Source: the human T2T-CHM13v2.0 reference genome, Homo sapiens
Strand: one strand, 5' to 3'
NCBI RefSeq assembly: GCF_009914755.1
Contig: NC_060926.1
DNA length: 64,000 nt
Shown here in pieces: positions 51,680-64,000 of this stretch. The notes beneath the pieces are model-generated. The model searched no databases. It worked only from the letters and a program-made list of their open reading frames with translations, and was not told the DNA's origin. Position 1 is the first letter of the stretch, and each line of letters opens with the position of its first letter. Made by a program: the position numbers and the translations under genes.

Positions 51680-52952
51680 CTATTCCTGAGTAACAAATTA
51701 CCCCCCAAAACCTGCTGGCTTAAACAACAATAAACGTTTATTAACTCACAGCTGCTGTGGTTCAAGAACTCAGAAGCAGCTTAGTTGGGTGTTTTAGGGC
51801 CTAAGCCTCTTATGAAGTTGCAGCCAACATGTAGGCCAGGGTTGCAGTCATCTGAAGGTTTGCCTAGGGCTGGAAAATCCACTTTCAAGATGGCTCACTC
51901 AAATTTCTAGCAAGCTGGTACAAGAGGTTAGCAGAAGTTCTCAGTTCCTTTTTGATACAGTGTGGATGATTGTGGCCTCTAAATCTCATGTTGAAATGTG
52001 ATTCCCAATGCTGGAGGTGGAGCCTGGTGGGAGGCTCCCAGGTGTGGATCCTTCATGAATGACTTGGTGCCCTCCCCACAGTAATGAGCTCATGTGAGAT
52101 CTGCTTGTTTAAAAAGGAGCCTAGCACCTCCTTCTCTCTTGGTCCCTCTCTCGCCATGTGACACACTGGCTCCTAGGCCTTTTGCCATGATTATAAGTTT
52201 CCTGAGGCCTTCTCCAGAAGCAAATGCTAGCACCACACTTCCTATACAGTCTGCAGAACTATGAGCCAAAATAAACCTCTTTTCCTCATAAATTATCGAG
52301 TCTTGGGTACTCCTTTATAGCAAGGCAAATGGACTAATACACTCTTCACATGGATCGCTTCACAGGGCTGCTTGGGTATCCTCACAACATGGTGGCTGAC
52401 TTCCTTCAGAGCCAGTAATATAAGACAGAGCACAGTGAAAGCATCAATGTGTTTTATGACCTAGCCGTGAAGGTCACACACCACCACTTCTGCATATTCT
52501 ATTGGTCATGCAGGCCAGCCGTGATTCCATGTAGGAGAAGATTATGGAAGAATGTGTAAATATGGTCATGTACCGCATAACAATATTTCTGTTAGCAACG
52601 GGCCAAAAATAAGATGGTAATCCCATAAGATCAAAATACCATAGTTTTACTGTACCTTTTCTATGTTTTGATATGTTTAGATACATAAACATTCACCATT
52701 ATGTTACAATTGCCTACAATACAGTAGCATGCTGTACAGATTCGTAGCCTAGGAGCAATAGGTTATACCATATAGCCTTGGTGTGTAGTGAGCAATACCA
52801 TCTAGCTTTGTGTAAGTATATTCTATGACATTCACACAATGACAAAATCATCTATGGACACATTTATCAGAATGTATCCCCGTTGTTAAGTGACACATGA
52901 CTGTATGAAGAGGTGGAGATCATTTGGGGCCATCTTGGGGGCTGACTACCAC
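51680..52952 (-). mobile_element. MLT1 LTR hosting a sense MST LTR (51953-52341) and a Tigger3-type element (52563-52903)
   Basis: MLT1 GTAACAAATTACCCCCCAAA...GGGGCCATCTTGGGGGCTGACTACCACA; MST TSD CTTTT/CTCTT; Tigger3 (Golem/MER7) ends GTCATG...CATGACTG flanked by TA. Confidence 0.8.
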
Positions 52953-53029
52953 AGTGAATATCTGTTCTTTTTGTCCATCGTTTGCTCCTTTCCCTGTGTG
53001 GAAAACATATTTCATGTTGTACAACTGCT

Positions 53030-53500
53030 AGTAAACCCTCCTCATCCAAAGGAGAAGCAGGTAATCAAAGTGTGGCCAATCTGAGGACTTCATTTCCCTA
53101 ACCAGATTGGTCAGTCAGATGGGCATGTGATCAAGTAGAGCCAATCAATATCTTTCTAGATTTTTGATAAGTGGATTCTTATTGAGAGATGATCTCTATT
53201 CCTGTACTTCTTTGAGCTCCAAAAATGATCTAAGCTGGAGCTTCTTATAGCCATTCATTCAGGTTATAGTGGAGGAAGCTATCTTTGGTAAGAGAAAATG
53301 AGGCCAGCACACAAACAGACAAAGATGAGCAGAGATGAAAACAGAAAAAGGAGTCCTAATGAGATCATTTGAGTCCTCTTGATCCAGTGATGCCTGAAAT
53401 TTACACCCAGACTTTTCAGTTACATGAGTCAATACATTTCCTTTTTTTTTTTAAGCTATTTTAAGTTACTATCACCTGCAACCAAAACAGCCCAACAGAT
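53030..53500 (+). mobile_element. Old MaLR/ERVL LTR fragment
   Basis: GATGGGCATGTGATCAAG..GAGCCAATCA; GATCCAGTGATGCCTGAA..GACTTTTCAGTTACATGAGTCAATACATT. Confidence 0.6.
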
Positions 53501-53784
53501 CAGCAGGGTCTATATCTTTTTCCTCTTAAATTTCTTGCATTGGGATTAATTCCTAATACTCAATTCAAATTTGATGAATACATTATTTAACTATTATACT
53601 TTTACATAAAAACAATCTGGTACATGCAAACACTGGGGATTTTTTTAAAAAATACTTGACAACTTTCTAAGTAACAGTTACAAGAACCCTAAATATCTTA
53701 GAACCTCTAAAAGTTTTGGAATCTGGCAGCCCCCAAAACCATTGTTAGTCTGCTATGCTCAGGGTCAGTTTTCTATAGCTCTGT

Positions 53785-54280
53785 GTAATGTGGTTGAATG
53801 AGTCATTCACCAGGATCCTGAATATACACGGAGCTAGTTGGGGAGACAGGGCTGCTGCTGATGAGTACCACGTTGCCTTAGTGACAGGAAAATGGGAAGG
53901 GGCCCTGAGTGGACCTCCAAACACTCACTTATTTAATATGTGGATAAAATTCTGTTGCAGAAATTAAGGTGAGTAAATGGGTTTTTAAAAAAATCCATAG
54001 AATGATGGTTGTGGCTGGCGGTTTATGTCCCCTCTAAGAGCCATGGCCAGAGAGGAACTTGCAAAGGAAAGACGCAAGATCAGGTTTACAGCTGCTGGTG
54101 AAGAGTCCACCAAATAACCATGCTAGTAATCAGATTATCCCAACTTTTGCCCTCACTGAGAGGCTGAAAGGAACATAGAAAAACATGAATGTTTTGCTGT
54201 GACTTAGATCCGTAACTTCATGTGTGAATGGTTGTTCTGGTATAAGATATTATAGGGAGATATAAAAAGAAAGGAAGTCA
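53785..54280 (+). promoter_or_regulatory. Candidate enhancer or alternative promoter (RUNX, AP-1, RFX-like, ETS/PU.1 motifs, strong splice donor)
   Basis: TGTGGTT 53789; TGAGTCA 53799; GTTGCCTTAGTGAC 53872; AAG|GTGAGT 53966-53974; AGAGGAACT 54051; AAGGAAGT 54271. Motifs only. Confidence 0.35.
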
Positions 54281-54619
54281 AATACGGAAAAGAGAGAGGC
54301 AAGTTGTCTGCCTTTTTCTTCAAAGCCTTCTAAAATTCCACAGTTTTGTTGCGTCTAGGAAAACTGTTATACACATCGTCAACCAAGCGACAGATCTTTA
54401 TTTTTAATTCATCACAGAAGTCTGCTGCTGAAATGATGCTTGACAGAAAAAAAATCTCTTGTTGGTAAGAGCCTTTCCTGAAGTCAAGGAAAACCTCAGA
54501 ATTCCTTAGTTTTCCCCTGGGCTTTTATAGCAAGTCCAGTTTTCTTTAACCCTATAAATTCCTATTGTGGCTTCTAGTCACATACCAACTGTTATTCTTC
54601 AGAAAGGAAACTACGGTAT

Positions 54620-54975
54620 CTAAATCAGGTACAAGCCTGGATTCCAGAGTCAGACTGCCTGAATTCAAATCATTGCTCCCCCACTTACCTGATCTGTAGA
54701 ACCTAGGACAAGTCACATTTTGTGCTTCAGTTTCCTCATCAGTAAGATGGGAATAATAATGTGATGAGCTGGGCACAGTGGTGCATACCTGTAGTCCCTT
54801 GGTTTCTGAATACAAGAAGCTGAGACAGAAGGATCACTTGAGCCCTGGAGTTCAAGGCCAGCCTGGGCAACACAGAAAACTCTGCCTCCAAAATAATAAT
54901 AATACTAAGATAATAGTATGTCTTTACTAAGGTATGGCTTAGAATAGTTACTGGCACATAGTAAGCCCCATATAA
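54620..54975 (+). mobile_element. MIR split by an Alu monomer (54767-54900)
   Basis: GAGTCAGACTGCCTGAATTCAAATC...CTTCAGTTTCCTCATCAGTAAGATGGGAATAATAAT. Confidence 0.75.
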
Positions 54976-55496
54976 TTCTATTATTATAATTATATAGACA
55001 AAGCCACATGTTTTTCTATAAATCTTCCTTGAAGTTTGACCATCACATGTAGATTTTTTTTTCCTATTTGGCCCTCTTTTAAAAATTATTATTAAATACA
55101 TCTCATGGTAACTACTTGCGGATAGTTAAATGTTGTTAACTTGTTCAAATCAGTTTGGTGGTACACTGTTGTTAGTGCCTTGCTGGGGCCTTCACCCCTT
55201 TGAGTCACGGGAGCTTGGATCTTCTGCCCCTGCACAGGGTCACTGGGTGATGAGGTCCATGAAAGTGAGTCTTGGGCCTATCAGCAAACAAGCCTGAGTC
55301 AGGCAAATCAGCCTCATAAGCTTGGTGAGCTCCAGACTCTCTGGCCATAGTCTTCCATGAAGTATTCACTTGAACCAGACGCCACAATGCCCCAGAGCAG
55401 AATCCAGTGGATCAAACTACTGGGTGCTGCCTTCAGTGGCAGGCACAATACTAAACAAACACCTAAGCCTGGAGTACCATTCTGGGCTCACCCAAA

Positions 55497-55745
<249 letters not shown>

Positions 55746-56914
55746 TGAAGGAGCTATAGTAGCTATAGATTCCAAGTCCAAGGTGCTGATTAGGGCCCTT
55801 AAATGCTAACAAACCACCCCCTGGAGGGTTATTCCCCATCAGACTACTTCAAATGTTAATTAGCAACTGCTAGGGTGAATATTAGAACTCACTTTGAAAG
55901 CACAAACATATATCTTGCTGTTTAAGCTGAAGTATTTAAATTATTACAATAATTGTCTAATGTCGGTAAAACCCTCAAACCACAACTTGACTTTTTTTTT
56001 AGGTGACAGCCTGCCTTTGACTCTGATTTTTAAAGATATTCATAGGTGTCTCATTAAAAGTGAATGATTAAAATAACATCGGCTGATACAATGCTGTGTT
56101 TGCAAGGAAGCTTCACAGCTCTTGATATTATAATTGCTGGAAAATGTATTTTCAGATGTGTGGGCAGATTGGAAGTGATTCTACATGTGACTTGGGCACA
56201 TCAGAGGTAGCACTAACTAGAGCTCTTTAATACCAGAATTATCAGTGGGAAACGGTCCTCAAAGAAATAGATTTTTGATGAAGCAAGTGGAATTTTATAA
56301 TTTAAATATCAACATATCAACACAGGAAATCTTTTAAATTTTTGCTCTGTATAGAAAACAAGTATTTGGTTATGGTACAAAAACTATGCAGCCAACACCA
56401 CAGCAGAGTTCATAGGCATGTTTATTTAGGACACATCTCACTCGTTTGCTTTTGAAATTTAACTGAAAGTAGGTCACAGTAGGCAAAATATTAGAAGAAA
56501 ATATAGATACTTATTTTTAGTGTCCTTGATGGTACATAAGTTTGGCTCTTGTTAATTGCAAGGAGGGTAGCAGGAGGGCATGGATTTATTGCAGGATGAG
56601 GGAGAGAAGGCAGAAGGGAAGAAAGATTCAGAGGGCAATTGCCAAAGAAAGGCTTTGTCTACTTTGAAGTGGATCTTAACCAAAGGTTTTGTTTTTGTTT
56701 TTTGTTGTATTGATAGGGGAAGTGAAGAAACCCTATAATCATTGAGGAGCAACAACTCATTGGGGTGTAAGCATGAAACTATTTGACTGCTCTCAGCTTA
56801 TTCTTGTGGAATCCCTGCTTTACTCTGGGCATTAGGCTCTCTTGATGTCTTAATGATGTCTCCATTCAATTCCATAACTTCCCAGTCCCATTTCTAAATG
56901 CTCTGTTTCATTAT

Positions 56915-57205
56915 TATTTTTTTTTTTTGAGACAGTCTTACTCTATCCCCCAGGCTGGTGTGCAGTGGCACTATCTCGACTCACTGTAACCTCTGCCTCC
57001 CTGTTCAAGCAATTCTCATGCCTCAGCCTCCCGAGTAGCTGGGATTACAGGCATGCACCACAACACCTAGCTAATTTTTTGTATTTTAATAGTGACAGGG
57101 TTTCACCATGTTGCCCAGGCTGGTCTCAAACCCCTGAGCTGAGGTCTTCCACCCACCTTGGCCTCCCAAAGTGCTAGGATTACAGGCGTGAGCCACCACA
57201 CATGG
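56915..57205 (-). mobile_element. AluS
   Basis: Antisense dimeric Alu. Confidence 0.9.
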
Positions 57206-58352
57206 CATCCCATTCATTTTGAAATTCAATCACAAAAACAAAATGTCAAAAGCAGGGAATGTCAAGTTCTCTGTTCTCCTGCCCCACTGTCCCAGTACCT
57301 GCCAGTCCAGCAAGGGCAAGGATGGGAGCTATATCTGCTCTTGCATACCCATCTTCTCCTCCTTTCTCAGAGAGGACCACCCTAGGTTTGGAAGACAGAA
57401 TGAGAGGCACGGTCATTTTACTTGACTCCTCTAGATAAGGGATGGAGGGGGTGGGCACTGGGTGCTGTCACCGAGGTTGCTGCTGCCTCTGTAACTCCAA
57501 GAGAACTTCTTCCCCCTCTGTAGCTGCCCATGTTGTTGCTCCCTGGGGACACATGTCCCGGCACACAGTCCCTTGACGTGGGATTTCTAGCTCAGCCTGT
57601 TCTCCCCCTCACCCCAGGCTGCCCCTCACTCAAGTGATCTTCTTGTCCAACACTCTCTTGGATGTGGTACTGGCAAGATAGCTCAAGCCCACTGCTTTGT
57701 CAACTTCACTTATGGGAAACTCTATTTTTTGCAGCACAAATGGTGGAAATGCAGTCTGGAGCCTCATTAACAGTGAATTAGAGCACTTTGTAGAACACTA
57801 GGGGAACAAAAGAAAACAATCTGTCATTAACTCAAAAGGAATGCACCACTCCTGAAAGCATTGCAATTACATGCTGAGGCATGGAGAGGATAGAGCAAGC
57901 TCCCAAACCATCTCCCAATTCCAAATATTAATTTAATTCCCTGAACTTAGAGACCACATTTGATGCTTTAACTGATAGGAACAGATACTACATTTGTTTT
58001 TAGCCAATAGGCGGATAATGCGTCTACTTACGCCACACCTCTCCTATTTCTCAGTTGAGGTGGAGGCTGACACCTCAGCTCCCTACAGCTCTCCAGTGCT
58101 CTCAAACTTTCCCTGATACTGCTCTGACCTGATGTAATGCTCCCAAGGAAACATCTTTCTCACTGAACATAATCAGTCTCAGTATCTTATTCCTGAGGCC
58201 TGACCCAAACATCTATTTTGTGTATTCACACTCATAAACCTAAGTGGTCAGCTCAATCCTTCCAGCTCCCATATTTTCTGAACCCCTTTGGGAGTCAAGG
58301 GACAACTCTGGGAATCATGTCAACAAACCCTTTCTTTTAAACTTTTTATTAT

Positions 58353-58652
<300 letters not shown>

Positions 58653-59119
58653 TTATTATGGAAATTTCTGAACATCTACAAAAGTAGGGAGAATAGTATG
58701 ATAAATTGACATGTATCTACCACACGGCTCAACAGTTGTCCACTCATGGCCAACCTTGTTTCAAATATTCCCTCACCTACTCTCCCTTTCCTCTGAAACA
58801 TGTATCCAAAATATAGGAATTCTTTTTGTTCTCTATTTTTTAAATAGAGATGGGGTCTCATTATGTTGTCCAGGCTGTACTCGAACTCCTGGACTCAAAC
58901 AATCCTCTTGCCTCGGCCTCCAAAGTACTGGGATTACAGGCATGAGCGGCCTCTTTTTGTTCTTTTAAACCTAACTGCAATACCATCCACACACCTAAAA
59001 AATTAATAGCAATTTCTTAATTATCATCAAAAATATCTAGTACGTACTCAAATTTCTTCAATTGTCCCATAAGTCAAGATCCTAACAAGGTTTACATATT
59101 GTATTTGAAACATTACTTA

Positions 59120-60350
59120 TATGAGTCAGAGTACATTATGTTATGCTGTTATGTTTAGCAGACAACTTCAAAATTGGAGTGGCTTACAACAACCCAGATT
59201 TATTTCCTGCTCACGTGAGTTTCCACTGTGAGTCAGCCCTGCATCCTCTTCACTCCTGGCTACAAGCTAAAGAAACAATCTGTGTTTGGGATATGCCCAG
59301 TTCCTGGCAGATGGAAATGAGGAATGGCTGAAACACACAATGTCTTTTAAAGTTTCTGCTCAGAAGTAGCAATCAACCATCACATTTGCTCACATTTCAC
59401 TGGTCAAAGCAAACCGCATGGTCAAAGCTGATGTCAGCAGAGAGACGGGAAGTGTAATTTTCCCTATAGGAGACAGCATCTGTTATTGGGAAGAATACAA
59501 CCTATTCTTACGCCTCTTTTAATTTACAGGTTCCCCTCCTCATCTTGTTTTTTCAGTTTATTGATTGAAGAAAATGAGTAATTTGTGCTTTAGAATTTCC
59601 TATATTCTCTGCAGTGTGTTTGTTTAACATATCTCCATGTCACTTCTAGTTCTTCTAAACTTGTAATTAAATCTAGAGGCATAATTGGACTCAGAAAAAA
59701 AATTAAGGCCTAAATAGAAGTACTAGATCTTTATATTGCTGTGTGAAGTCATTCAAAAATCCAAATTTTTGGCCAATTTTTGACCTTCCTTGATGGTCAT
59801 GTGAGTTGTATCAGTTATATCTTGCTGTGTAACAAATTATCCCCAAACCTGGGGGCTAAAATCAAAAATAATCATATATTATCTCATGGTTTCTGTGAAT
59901 CAGGAATTCAGACAGGGCAGAAGGGCATGGCTTGTTTCTGCTTTATGATTTCTGTGATCTCAGCTGGAAAACTCAAGGACTGGGGGACTGAAATCATCTG
60001 GAGGCTTGACTGAGGCTGAAGGCTCTGTGTTCAAGGGGCTCATTCACTTCATTCACAAGTTGGCGTTGGTAAATTGGTTCTCTTCCATATGGGCCTACTC
60101 ATCTCGCTGCTTGAGCATCCTCACATGGTGGCTGACTCCCTGCAGAGTGATTGATCCAAATGTTGAAGCAATTGCTCCAATGTTGAAGCAGCAATGTCTT
60201 TTATGACCTAGTTTGGGGAACTCATTCACTGACACTTCTATTGTTTGCAAAACCAGCCCTTACCTAATATGTGGGAATAGTCTGCACAAAGGCATGAATA
60301 CCAAGAAAGGAGGTGCACTGCAGACCATCTTGGAGGCTGACTACTATATA
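59120..60350 (-). mobile_element. Two old MLT1 LTRs (59120-59500; 59808-60350)
   Basis: CACATTTCACTGGTCAAAGCAAACCGCATGG; TGTATCAGTTATATCTTGCTGTGTAACAAATTATCCC...GACCATCTTGGAGGCTGACTAC. Confidence 0.7.
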
Positions 60351-60386
60351 CATTAAGTGGTTTTTGATGTTAAAAAACAAAAAAGA

Positions 60387-60716
<330 letters not shown>

Positions 60717-61312
60717 TTACAGCATTTGAGATGTCATGATCCAATAGAATTTCAGAGGAAAAGCTTAGAAGTTCCTAAATGGAACTAGTAGATCTTTATT
60801 TTGGCATGTAAAAAGAGCAACCTGTTAACCATCATTATTTTTTATTTTTTATAAAAGTATTTTTCATACAGAAGGATATTGTCTCAAAATGAAGAATCAT
60901 TTTTTGGATGTGGAACAGGGAGAACTCTTCTAAATTGCTAGTGAGGATGTACATGGAGAACCCACTTGGAAAATATTCTGTAGACAAGGTGAGGATTTAC
61001 GTACTCTGTCACCCAACGTTTCCGTTTTTTTTTTTTCCTTTTGAGACAGGTCTCCTATGGTGCCCAGGCTGCTGTCAAACTCCTGGCTCCAGCAAGCTTC
61101 CTGAAGAGCTGGGAATACAGGTACATGTCATCATGCCCAGCTTTATCACCCAATATTTCTACTCCTAGCCATATATTTACGCTAAAGAAATGCATATACA
61201 CTCATGCCAGGAGTCATGTACAAGAATGTTCATAGCAGCTTGGTAATAATAGCCCCAGACTGGCAACAAACCAAATGTCCATCACCAGTGGCATAGACAG
61301 GTAAACCGGTGT

Positions 61313-61613
61313 GGAGTCATCCCTCAGTATCCGTGGGAGATTGGTTTCAGGCCCTCGCAGATACCAAAATCCGCAGATGCTCAAGTCTCTTCTATAAACT
61401 GGTGTAGTGTTTGCATATAACCTACACACATCCTCCTGTATAATTTAAAGTCTCTCTACATTACTTATAATACCTAATACAATGTAAATGCTATGCTATA
61501 CCATATTTTTAAATTTGTATTGTTATTGTCATATTGGGTTTTTAAATATGTTTTTGATCTATGGTTGGCTGTATTAGTGGATGCAGAACCAGCAGATATG
61601 GAAGGTCAACTGT
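61313..61613 (+). mobile_element. MER2 DNA transposon within an old L1 fragment (60905-61660)
   Basis: GTCATCCCTCAGTATCCGTGGGAGATTGG...GATACCAAAATCCGCAGATGCTCAAGTC...GGAAGGTCAACTGTA. Confidence 0.8.
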
Positions 61614-61663
61614 ATATTTATACTATATGCTTCCATCTTTATAAAGTCTCCAAATAAGCAATA

Positions 61664-64000
<2,337 letters not shown>

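Overview
Human (or closely related primate) genomic DNA; an AluYa5 carrying all five diagnostic bases points to human. I find no intact protein-coding gene. The window has two sharply different parts. (1) Bases 1-10331 are an Alu-free block of ~75-bp SATR1/SATR2-type satellite built from palindromic monomers. It contains an internal inversion around an AT-rich spacer and a duplicated higher-order unit. A defective HERV-E provirus sits inside it: an LTR2-family 5' LTR at 3387-3750, then gag-pro-pol to ~8353, with no env and no 3' LTR. The most striking feature is the proviral primer-binding site. It does not stop at 18 nt but continues as a complete antisense copy of mature tRNA-Glu(CTC), CCA included (3756-3830). 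That copy joins directly into gag, apparently through a short microhomology, so the leader and gag start are missing. This looks like a fossil of reverse transcriptase reading through its own tRNA primer and then mis-transferring. (2) Bases 10332-64000 are Alu-dense (~43 Alu pieces) and otherwise ordinary: old L1, L2, MIR, MaLR/ERV LTRs, Tigger/MER2/hAT fossils and a few motif-only regulatory candidates. Subfamily names come from remembered consensus sequences, not a RepeatMasker run, and boundaries of old repeats are approximate.
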